Source: Azolla caroliniana
Lineage: Eukaryota; Plantae; Polypodiophyta
Direction: 5' to 3'
Length of the DNA stretch: 64,000 nt
Assembly: GCA_043228905.1 (NCBI GenBank)
Contig: JBHGNT010000001.1
Location: 6,696,001-6,760,000 of the forward strand
A model generated the notes under the pieces. It had not been told where the DNA came from, did no database searches, and saw nothing but the letters and a program-made list of their open reading frames with translations. This document shows positions 10,389 through 19,999 of the stretch, piece by piece. A program made the position numbers and the translations under genes. Numbering within the stretch: the first letter of the stretch is position 1; every line of letters starts with the position of its first letter.

Positions 10389-12107
10389 TCACCCCCTCCA
10401 AACCCGCACATCCTCCGGTATGTGCCGAAGTTGTTGGTGTTTGTTAGTCTCCTCCGTCCGGTCTCTACCCGATTGGTTTCGTTGCTGGCTCGTAGTACCC
10501 TCGACTTCTCTTGTTATGTTGACTTTGTCTCTCCATTTGGAGCACATCCATTCTTTCCACCCGAACCATTGTCGACATCCGATCCACCATAGTCTTCGTT
10601 CGCTTTTTGCATGGCCCGCTTGGTCCTTGTCATCCGCGGTAGTATCTTTTCTTGCCCTCTTTCTTTTCTTCATTAATCTCGACTTCTTTTCGGATTTTCG
10701 GTTTAGTCGGATTAGCTTACTTCCGATTCGGTCTCGTCGGATCGTCTTTCGTTTAGTTCGGCTTCCTTTCCGATTTGTATTCGATCGATCCGGACTCGGT
10801 TGATCGGTTTTTACCGATTCAGTGCTCTTTCGGGTCGGTTTCTTTTCTTTTCTTTTCGTCCGGATTTGCTTTCTTTTCTTCGTTTTCACCTGCCTTGTCC
10901 GGTTCGACTTTCGGCACTTCTTTCCGTTGTTCGCCACGTAGGTCCTCCGATATGTGCTCGTTGTTCGGTCCTCGTGTGGTTGTAATGCATGCTTCTTTTC
11001 TCGCCGTAGCGCGTGCTTCTTTATTCGCCATAACACGCGTTTCTTTATTCGCCGTAGAGCGTGCTCTGTATTACGCGCTTCTCCCGTCGTAGAGCCGACC
11101 TCCGCATTGTCGCACTTTCTTTTAGATTGGAATTTCGGATGGATCATTTTCCATCCGAACCGACTTCCGACTTTACCTTCCTTGTTGCCACCTCCCGTCT
11201 CTCCGGTCTCACGTTGGTTCTCGGACACAACCGCCGAAGTCTCTAGAATTAGTGGGTAGGAATCCTCGGTATTATCATCTTCCGTTGTTTCACCCATAGC
11301 CATGTTCTCCTTGGCTATCTCTCCTTCGTATGCATCGGCTTCGACCTTCGTTTCGTTGCCGCCACTTTCCTTATCTTCGGTGTTATGTCGACACCCGGGC
11401 TCCAGTACCGAAGTCTCCGAAACAATGGTGAAGGAATCCCTTCGTTCGTGCTCATTTACTTTGTCTTCCTCGTTGCCCTTCCGGTCCTCCACTTTTCCAC
11501 CGACACATTCCGTCTCTCCGGTTTCACGTCGGTGCACGGGCACAGCCGCCGAAGTCTCTGGAACCGGTGTGGGGATACCCTTTCGTCCTCGATCTTCCTC
11601 CTCCTCGTCCTTTGTTGGCCTCGACTTTGGTTCGGTTTTAAGCTCCCCTTCAATGTCGACTTGCGACTTTTCATGCATCTCCGAACCCTTCCGCATCAAG
11701 CTCTCCTTCGGTGGTAGTCGGTGGCCGCTTTTCACCCACTGTTGACCGCCGTTCGTGGACCATGTCCTCGTCCGCTTCGGTCTTAGATAGTCATATGTGT
11801 CTCGTATAGCTTCTTCAAAGGACTCCCACATCGGGCTTTGTTGTCGTATCTCGTGGATTCTCTCTTGAAGCTCATCCGTAGCCACCCGGTTGAAAGATAA
11901 CACTTGCAATCTTTCTGAGATACCATATCGCAACATCTCCATTTTGTAGTCACGTAGATAGCGTGACACGTCCTTTCCATCGAATTGCCCGTTCTGTTGC
12001 ACGAGCCGTTGTACTACTGTCGTGATCTCCGACATCTCGCGTTGTTCTTGTAGCATTCTCTCGAACATCATCATCATCATGTTCATCGCCTCTTGTTGAT
12101 TCTCCAT
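10389..12107 (-). CDS. gag: Gag-derived protein with a long acidic then basic low-complexity tail
   Basis: An open frame fills the whole internal region; first ATG at 12107. The N-terminus GQFDGKDVSRYLRDYKMEM resembles element A Gag (GRFGGKDATSYLEAYWAEM). Confidence 0.75.
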   Translation of the reverse strand: MENQQEAMNMMMMMFERMLQEQREMSEITTVVQRLVQQNGQFDGKDVSRYLRDYKMEMLRYGISERLQVLSFNRVATDELQERIHEIRQQSPMWESFEEAIRDTYDYLRPKRTRTWSTNGGQQWVKSGHRLPPKESLMRKGSEMHEKSQVDIEGELKTEPKSRPTKDEEEEDRGRKGIPTPVPETSAAVPVHRRETGETECVGGKVEDRKGNEEDKVNEHERRDSFTIVSETSVLEPGCRHNTEDKESGGNETKVEADAYEGEIAKENMAMGETTEDDNTEDSYPLILETSAVVSENQRETGETGGGNKEGKVGSRFGWKMIHPKFQSKRKCDNAEVGSTTGEARNTEHALRRIKKRVLWRIKKHALRREKKHALQPHEDRTTSTYRRTYVANNGKKCRKSNRTRQVKTKKRKQIRTKRKEKKPTRKSTESVKTDQPSPDRSNTNRKGSRTKRKTIRRDRIGSKLIRLNRKSEKKSRLMKKRKRARKDTTADDKDQAGHAKSERRLWWIGCRQWFGWKEWMCSKWRDKVNITREVEGTTSQQRNQSGRDRTEETNKHQQLRHIPEDVRVWRG

Positions 12108-12123
12108 CTCCTTGCCACCCGCC

Positions 12124-12141
12124 TTCACGTCGGGTTCACCA
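12124..12141 (-). promoter_or_regulatory. Primer-binding site, 18-nt complement of the tRNA-Trp 3' end
   Basis: Minus strand TGGTGAACCCGACGTGAA, 4 nt from the LTR end. Confidence 0.85.
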
Positions 12142-12145
12142 ACTG

Positions 12146-12874
12146 TGTCGTGCCTTTCGGCTCCGGATCGTTTGCGTGAGTCGGGTGGGAACCGCTGGGG
12201 TTTTGGACTAGGAAGAGGAGAGTTTTAAGGCTAATAAGAATATAAATATGTTGTAAGAAAGAGTTATAGCAAACTCGTGAATCCCACGAGTGTATTGTAT
12301 TAGATTAATCAATATGAATATAAGAATATAAACTTCGGTTGAAAGAGAATGATATAGAATCCTCGTGAATCCCACGAGTATAGTTTATTAATTGGTGTTT
12401 TTTAGAAACATATCCAGTTTCCAAATATTTTTCACACACAATTACATTGTGCTCCCCATCCTTATGTAGTGATGAGGAAGTCTTAGTAATCCATGCTTTT
12501 TCTCTAACTATAGACCCCATGCTTTTCCTATAGATAGACTATATGCTTTATCTAAAGTGATCATGCTTTTTTCTAACTTGTGCGTTTTTTATCATGCACG
12601 CTAGATGTGTATGTGTAGCTTTTTCTTTTGTTATGCGTTTTTCTAATGTTTATCCTAGCGTGAATTTACCTTTCTATGTGGGACATCTATACTTTAACAC
12701 TAATGAAATGCTAGTGTAATGGTAAGACATTACATTATTAACATGGAGGTGCAAGGTTCGAATCTTGCCCTATGCATGTTCCATTTATTTTGCTATTTTC
12801 TTCTATTTCTTCATTTTTTATTGAATCTAATACTATATACGTTTTTCACGTAGTGTACAAAATACACTACGACA
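12146..12874 (-). repeat. 5' LTR of element C
   Basis: Copy of 9659-10387. Confidence 0.95.
12705..12783 (+). ncRNA. tRNA-like Pol III cassette in the 5' LTR of C
   Basis: Same sequence as 10218-10296. Confidence 0.65.
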
Positions 12875-12878
12875 ACGT

Positions 12879-14087
12879 AGCCTAGAAATTCCACTTGCTT
12901 GCAGTCAAAGCTACATTTTTCCAGTTTGGCATAAAGACCATTCTCTCGGAGTCATTTTAGTACTAATAGTACATGAGAATCATGCTCTTCCTGGTCTTTG
13001 AATAAATCAATAGATCATCCAGATAGATGATCAAATAGATATCCAAGAGGTCTCTGAATATATCATTTTCCATGTGTTGGAAGACTGTGGGCACATTGGT
13101 TAGACCGAACGACATAACGGTATACTTGAAGTGCCCATATTGGGTGCGAAAAGCGGTCTTCCATTTGTCTCCCGGTCGGATCTGCATGAGGTTATACGCT
13201 CCTTGTAGGTTGATTTTTGTAAAAAACTTGGCACCATTTACTCGCTCTAAAAGACTTGACATAAGGGGAAGTGCATACCTATTCCTGATGGTGACGTTAT
13301 TCAAGCCGCGATAATCAATGACGAGACGAAGTGATCCATCTTTCTTCTTAACAAAGAAAATGGGTGCACCGGCCAGAGATTTTGAGTGACGAATAAACCT
13401 GCTTGCCAAATTCTCTTCTATGTAGGCTCGAAGAACTTCTAACTCGGTTGGTGACAAGTTGTAAATTGGTCCCCAGGGTAGCTCTGTTCTTGGTTGTAAA
13501 TCGATGGGACAATCATAGGGATGATGATGAGGAAGAGTACTGGCTTTTACCTTGTCAAATACATTGGCATAAGGATGATATTTCGCCGGAAGTTGAACTA
13601 AGGATTCCTTCTTAGTATTGCTGGAAGGATGTACTGATATTGCAAACAGAAACATTGCCTCCTTGCATCCTTCTTCGCGTAATTGATGGAGTGAAATGGT
13701 CGAAACTCGATGAGTAGATTCTCGGGGTTGTCGATACCAGACTTCTCTTGTTCTCCAATCTATGTCTAGATTATGTAATTCAAACCAAGGTAATCCTAGG
13801 ACAATGGGATGCTCTGGACTACTAATTATATTAAATGATACCACACACACAAAACTACCTAGAACAACCTGAATGGGTTCTGACTCTTCTATAATATTCC
13901 CTGAAGCAATGAGACGACCATCAATGACTACTATAGATGCAGGGCAAGGAAGTTTTCTTAAGGATATCTGAGAAGCTTGGGCAAAATTCTGATCCATGAA
14001 ATAGGAATTGGCTCCGGAATCTAAAAGTGCTAAGACGTGTATTGGAGGGGTACTTTTAGTACTAACCATGACTTGGGTTAAGAACAC
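12879..14087 (-). pseudogene. pol: Protease and RT of element B
   Basis: ALLDSGAN, IVLGLPW, KKKDGSLRLVIDYRGLN and IYLDDLLIYS; frameshift near 12990. Confidence 0.9.
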
Positions 14088-15404
14088 ATTGCTAACTTAG
14101 AGGGAATGGAACCACTGGTTGCACAGATCTAGGGTTGTCCCACCAAACGACTCCTATTTTGGCTGGACTCAGTCGTTTAACTCTTCGTCTAATTAACTAA
14201 AGATTTCAAATTTGTTTGAGATTCCTGGGCTATCAGTACTATTAATACTTTCAAACACTCCTAAGGGAATTGACTCGGGTTTAGTACATGCTACGATTTG
14301 ATTTACCTGTCTTCTTGGCGTATGGGAACAATTGATTGCAATATGCCTTGGTCTGCCGCAATAAAGAAATAATCGGTTTGCACGTCGTCATTGCTTTTCT
14401 TCTTCCGATAACAGGCCACATCGACGCATGGTGTCGATCTCCATCGGTGTCAGAGTATTTGCCTGAGATACATCTTGTGCAAACGGTTTAGTTGCGATTG
14501 AGGCATAGGTGGGCTCCGTCCTAGGGTGTGGTATTTGCAATTGACGTTTCGAACGTCGTTCGAAAAGGCGGTTGTCGCATTGGACCGCTCGACTGATTGC
14601 CTCTGTAAGAGACTTTGGTTATTCGGGGAAGGTTAAAAAGAAAATCTTTGACATCGTTTCGCAAGCCGTAGCGAAACTGCTCCATTAGTGCCTGATCATC
14701 CCAGGGGATATTTGAGGCAAGTAGACGGAAATCCGCCGTGTAGGCAGAGGCTGGACGATTGCCTTGACGTAATCGTCGGATTTTGTTGATCGCGATCCTG
14801 ATGTTGTCGGTATCTCCAAAGCAGGCTTTAAACTTGCTAATAAAGTCTTCAAAGTTATTAAGCAAGGGCGATTGTTTTTCTAGAAGCGGAGCGAACCATG
14901 CCAAGGCTGAGCCACTAAGCAGCGTGCCTATTAGGCCTACTCGGGATGCATCAATGGGGTATCGGGAAGGATGCATTTGAATGACTAGGCGTACCTGATT
15001 AAGGAATCCCCTAAATTGAGATCGCGTTCCATCGAATTTCACAGGAATTCCAATCTTGGGCTCTTTATGAAATCCTTGGGGACTTCATCCTTGTTGTTAC
15101 AACGCTACGATGGTTGCTTCGAATGTAACGCTAACTCCCCATGTTGTTGCTACATTTGTTATTTTTCTAGAGCGATTTGTTGAAGATCCCTAAAAATTGT
15201 TGGTTTTCTTGTTCCAATGCAATGGAATTTTCTTTTAGACACTGTAGCTCAGAAAAAACGAAATGATATTCTTGGGCGATGTCGTGACGATTTTCGGCTA
15301 CAGTGTGAAACCGAGTGAGACAAATAAACCAAGGATGTGCAACATTGCACATACACTTAGCAAATAAGCCTCCTAAGGCCTAGTGGCACTTGAGTTCATA
15401 CAGA

Positions 15405-15478
15405 GGGGTGCAAGCAAGGTTTGAACCTTGCACCTCTAAGATACAAGATGTTTGCCTTACCACTAGGACAACTATCAT
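15405..15478 (-). ncRNA. tRNA-like Pol III cassette in insert D
   Basis: Minus strand A-box-like TTGTCCTAGTGG (15471-15460) and B box GGTTCAAACC (15427-15418) within a GCAAGG/CCTTGC stem. Confidence 0.55.
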
Positions 15479-15550
15479 ATAGTGTAGATTTTATATATTT
15501 CCTTTTCATATACGAATTATAGACGAAACAACCATAGAAAACCATGTGCA

Positions 15551-15698
15551 CAAAACCATGGTTCTAAACCCATGGATTGTGCATGTCATAAGCAAAATCG
15601 TGTCCCCAAAACCGTGGTTCTAAACCCATGGATTGTGCATGTCATAAGCAAAATCGTGTCCCCAAAACCGTGGTTCTAAACCCATGGTTTTGTGCATG
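15551..15698 (+). repeat. 56-bp tandem repeat, about 2.6 copies
   Basis: Unit CAAAACCRTGGTTCTAAACCCATGGATTGTGCATGTCATAAGCAAAATCGTGTCCC starts at 15551, 15607 and 15663. Confidence 0.9.
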
Positions 15699-15997
15699 AA
15701 GAGAGCTATAAAAACCCTAGTGGAGCTTGTGTAAGGGGGGCTCAATATGTGATATCACCAACACCATTATCATCAATATAATTATATTTGTCTTTATCTT
15801 CTTTATATTTTTTTACTTCTCAAGTGTACAATCTTTCTTCTTCTCAAGTGAACAAATTTCATCTAATCTTACATTGATCGTCATCTCTTCGATAATTCTG
15901 TGAACGTCCTCCCCTGTCCAAGACCCCGATGGTCGCTCGAGTAGCACACGCACGCGCGAATCTTCGTGACAGCGCTAACAGTAGCCATAGTATTGGA

Positions 15998-16009
15998 AAA
16001 TTGGTTCAA
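15998..16009 (-). promoter_or_regulatory. Self-priming-type primer site of element B
   Basis: Minus strand TTGAACCAATTT, 2 nt after the LTR, with no TGG start; exact complement of AAATTGGTTCAA at 16238-16227 in the LTR. Confidence 0.75.
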
Positions 16010-16011
16010 AC

Positions 16012-16122
16012 TGTCAGGAATAGTACTAAAACAGAGAGAGAATTAGTACTGGAGAAGGGAAATACTATTAGTACTAAGAGGACAAGACTACGTAAGACTC
16101 TCGAAAGAGGAAGAGAGAAAAG

Positions 16123-16167
<45 letters not shown>

Positions 16168-16455
16168 ACAAATGATATATTATATGAAGAGTAAGTACAA
16201 AATAGCTATGAGGCTTAAGACTGGTGTTGAACCAATTTGGTTTGAAATAATACCTTGTGCCTCCTTTTATAGTGTTCGCAAGAGTAGTCTTGAAGCTTCT
16301 AGAATGTTCTAGAGAACTCTTGAATATACATTAATTTTCTATAGTAAAACTTAAATGAAAATAATATCCTACGTATTATAATAGATAGTGTAATGGTCAA
16401 GAGCTCGACCCATATAACATAAGGTCATGGGTTCGAGTCTTGCCATATCATGACA
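16012..16455 (-). repeat. 5' LTR of element B (444 bp)
   Basis: TGTCA...TGACA termini; TATAAAA on the minus strand at 16271-16265. Confidence 0.93.
16379..16450 (+). ncRNA. tRNA-like Pol III cassette at the outer end of the 5' LTR of B
   Basis: A box TAGTGTAATGG 16386-16396 and B box GGTTCGAGTC 16430-16439, starts 44 nt apart as in tRNA genes. Confidence 0.6.
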
Positions 16456-18346
16456 GGAGTCGGCCTCGGCTGCACAGGGTGACCTCCACTTAAGAGGAGG
16501 GGTCTGCATCTCGATTAGCGATCAGGCCCGTTACGAAGTAACATCACATGGCACGCTGGTGGCGGGTAGAGCCTTATATGTGCTTTTGAAGTGGAATCGC
16601 CTTCAGATTGGGGTGCTAAACATTTATGCCCCTAAATCTTCCCCTAGAGAGCAATCTTTTGGAGGATGTTAGTGACAACATTGCTTGATGCAAAGGCGTG
16701 GGTAATGGCCGGAGATTTCAACATGACTGAGCATCTGGGAGATAGGAAATGGGGGACCCAAATACCGCTTCATGGTGCAGAGTTGGACTCATGGGCTTTC
16801 CTAATTGGAAAAGAGTGATAAGAGCTATGAGCCTTCCCCAACAATGGAGGAATTGCACTTCTGCACTCTATCGGACTGCTACCAGTAGCGTGTTGGTATC
16901 AGGTGCTAGGGGCCCCGCCTTCCAACTACATCGCTCAGTGAGGCAAGGTTGTCCCCTAGCCCCATATCTCTATCTACTTGTAACCGAGACTTTCTCTACC
17001 TACTTACAAGCACCAAACATTGGACTGAGGGGATTGCCCATTCCCAATGTGACTAAGGATCTTTTGTTATTTGAATATGCCGACGATACGGTCCTTTTCT
17101 CGTAGGGTGATGATGCAAATTTGCAACGAGCTGAACATCTTGTTGAAGACTTTTGTCAGGCTGCTGGTGCCAAGGTCAATTGGGATAAAACCCAAGGCCT
17201 CTGGTTCAACAAACAATAGAAGCTAAGGTGGCATGCCCATGCTGATTTTGCATGGGTCCCTGATGGGACGACATTCAAGTACCTCGGATTTACGATGGGG
17301 AGGGCAATCCCCAAGGGAGCGCAATTGTCCCATGTGCAAGCCAAACTAAGCAAGAAGTTGAACCAATGGAGCAGGTCTAAAGTATCTTTCACTGGTAGGG
17401 TTCTTATTGCGAACCAAGTGATGCTCGCCACCATGTGGCACTAAATCTCCCGTTGGATTATGGACCCTTAAGGTTTGCACGCGATTAAGGCTTCCATCAG
17501 GGGGTTTATATGGTCAAGAAAGGACAACCCGATGTCTGCCGCCAGAGTGTCATGGCATTGGTTAACACAACCATGGGCCAAAGATGGGCTTGGCCTCATA
17601 GACCCCTTAATGCAGAGCCGAGCATTGCTAGCCAAAATGGTGGTTCGATGCCTCCTACCATGTAAGGGGTGTTGGAAGGTTCTACTTCGCAATAGGTTGC
17701 AGGCAGGGACTCCCAAGTATGGTAGACCTTGGCCCGACTCCTTGAATTGGTGTTGCATGAGCAGAGTCCCACCCAAGATGGCTTGTCTTCCGGAGGAGAG
17801 GGTCACGAACTCCATCTTACGTGCATGGTGTCACATACGACATCATTTGGTCAAGCACACGCCGGAGACACTAATCGAGTGGTCTAGAAAACCTTTATTT
17901 TGGAACCCTCATGTGCGAACAAGTGACAACATGATGTTAGGGAAACTTAAGGGCCTAGCATGGGGAAAGCTGGCGCAAATAGGGCTCCACTCTATACATG
18001 ATTGGAGACGCACAATGGCTTTAGGAGGATCCCAGGAGGTCCCATTCCCTCCCCTCAAGGGCGCCATGAAAATGCGGAGATTGATTAGCTGAGGCAATTG
18101 ATAGGGTTCCGATGGGGGAGGTGAGAGAAGATGCTTGGTTCGGTCTCTTTGATGAGGCTGGAAGGGTTCAATTGTTGAAGTGCGTTAGTGGATTGGGAAG
18201 AGATACAATTTTTGGGGAGAGTCAGAGTATGGGCTCTTGGCACCCAATCCGCGTGGTGGCACAGGTTGGTAACATCTGAAAGACAGACCCAAATGTTGCT
18301 AAGGTGGAACCCATTGGAAGTTATGGGTATATGGTTGTCATCCCCT

Positions 18347-18576
18347 TGTCGAACTAGAATGGGTGTTACCCGTATAGGTATACGGGAGGGTTAAGTGTAA
18401 CGTGAAAGGTGTAATGTGGAATATGAAATGTGAATGTGTGAGTGTGTGAGTGTTAGGTGAGGTAAGTAGGTGTACCTACATCCATTCGGCTTTTTGTAAA
18501 GATCTTATATAAATTCTCACTCATGGGGCATGAAAATAGGGAATATTGAAGTTACCCACAAACTGTGTCTGTCTTG

Positions 18577-18663
<87 letters not shown>

Positions 18664-18704
18664 CGTTCTCTCTGTGCATCTCATCTCTCCTCTCACACTC
18701 GAAC
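18347..18704 (+). mobile_element. Probable solo LTR inserted in the L1
   Basis: Starts with TG, flanked by CCCCT (18342-18346, 18705-18709), has TATATAAA near 18505 and a long (TC)n; the terminal CA is missing. Confidence 0.55.
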
Positions 18705-19999
18705 CCCCTTGGGAGGGGGGTGGAACCGATCTTGGCTCCACCCCCCACCCATAAACAATGGGACCCAGGGGATTTCAGGTGGAAACATGATGGCAGATTT
18801 CGCCATTTCTTCGAGTACAACACTAAACTGGCCCAGGCTTTTCAACTGCAGCTAGACAGCCCCTTACGCAATGGCTAGCGTACATTGGGCATCCCTGATG
18901 AGGTGCTCATTACCTTTTGGAAGGGTCTCTGGTGTCTCAACATGCCAAAAAAGATAAAGTTTTTTTGGTGGCAAATCGGTCATAATGTGGTTCTCGTTGG
19001 CAAATGGCTAGGTAAACATGGCGGCCCGTTAGGCTACCGACTTTTCCATTCACCTATCGAGACTCTGAGGCATTTTCTGTGGGATTGCCCTCAAGCTCAA
19101 AAGGTATGGGATAGAGTGACTCGCCTCCTTGCGGCATGTGAAGTGGAAGGAACAACATTGTGGAGTGTTGTGGCATGGCTTGATCACTCCGTTGATAGGT
19201 GGACGGATGCCTTCAATGCGGATAGTTGGTGCTACGTATGCATGAGAGGCAAAATCACCAAGATTCGATTTGAGAGAAGCTTGTCGTCTGCGTCCCCTAG
19301 GTTCCCGGACATTTGGATGCTATTCGCAGGCTTCACCCTGTGGTATGTATGGAAAGCGCCATGCCTAAAGGTCTTTCAGGATCTGGTGCAGCCCCCGGAG
19401 GAAGTGATCATGGACATATGGTTTGTGCTTATCAACTGCCTACGAGGACAATTGGACAAGGTTTGCAGCCATTCCAATGACGTGGTTATTGCCCGTTTGC
19501 GCTTTTGGTAGAAATGGCGGAACACGCCTATGGTGACACAAGGAGGAAGTGGCCCGAGGGGGAACTACCAGCCCCCACGCTGGCTATTTCCGTCTCACTT
19601 ACCACCCTCCCTTCGTTGTTGACCCCCAAGAGTTGTCTCGTACTGGCCATCACTGAAGGGCACCGTTTTTAGCTATAGGTACTTACATTAAGTAGTCAGT
19701 CTGAAAGGCGATGTAACTAGTCTCATTTTCTTGAACTTGATCAGAGGGAGATTCCCTGATCTATGTATAAGCCCCCTTGTACATTCTCTTTGTAATAATC
19801 CTTCGTAACTAATGGGAAAGTAGCTTCTTTTTGGAATGGAAAAAAAAATACAATATTGTATTAAAAGAAATCAATATATATTGTAATTTCATTTTTTATT
19901 AGGGGAGGTTCCCCTAAATACACAATTCATTTTCTCGTTTACAAGATAATTGCACAAAAATAAGAAGAGTATGGTTCCTATTGGTTGAGTATTTAATAC

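Larger units (their letters stand above)
9659..12874 (-). mobile_element. Young non-autonomous Gag-only LTR retrotransposon C
   Basis: Two 729-bp LTRs with no difference seen; 4-bp target duplication ACGT (9655-9658, 12875-12878), removal of which restores host RT EFLGYVISSKG; primer site 12124-12141; polypurine tract 10388-10399. Confidence 0.95.
15348..15870 (+). mobile_element. LTR-like insert D inside gag of B
   Basis: Flanked by the direct repeat ACATTG (15342-15347, 15871-15876); contains 56-bp tandem repeats, TATAAAA near 15707 and a ...TCTTACA end. Removing it joins the gag-like peptides IIEEMTI-NV-AHPWF. Confidence 0.6.
14170..15988 (-). pseudogene. gag: gag of element B (frameshifted, interrupted by insert D)
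   Basis: KFDGTRSQFRGFL...LLSGSALAWF...LRQGNRPASAY...FRYGL, plus a degenerate knuckle YCGRPRHIAINC near 14330-14365. Confidence 0.8.
4098..16455 (-). mobile_element. Full-length, decayed chromovirus (Ty3/gypsy, Tcn1/Tf1-like) element B
   Basis: LTRs 16012-16455 and 4098-7598 (the latter split by a LINE); target duplication GGGGT (4093-4097) / GGAGT (16456-16460); polypurine tract 7599-7610; order gag-PR-RT-RH-INT-chromodomain on the minus strand. Confidence 0.93.
3593..19848 (+). mobile_element. Decayed L1-type LINE, host of the nest (pieces 3593-4097, 16456-18346, 18705-19848)
   Basis: Endonuclease motifs (LNIYAP, AGDFN) near 16600-16730; RT motifs SVRQGCPLAPYL and EYADD at 16749-17105; zf-RVT-like region 18885-19511; poly(A) 19840-19848. 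Assignment of 3593-4097 is less certain. Confidence 0.75.

Noticed and set aside
15551-15698. CRISPR-like array
   Set aside because: Contiguous tandem units with no unique spacers, in a plant TE context.
15280-15971. Solo LTR with TGTCGTG...CGTGACA ends
   Set aside because: Flanks GGCGA and GCGCT do not match; the ACATTG-bounded insert explains the gag interruption better.
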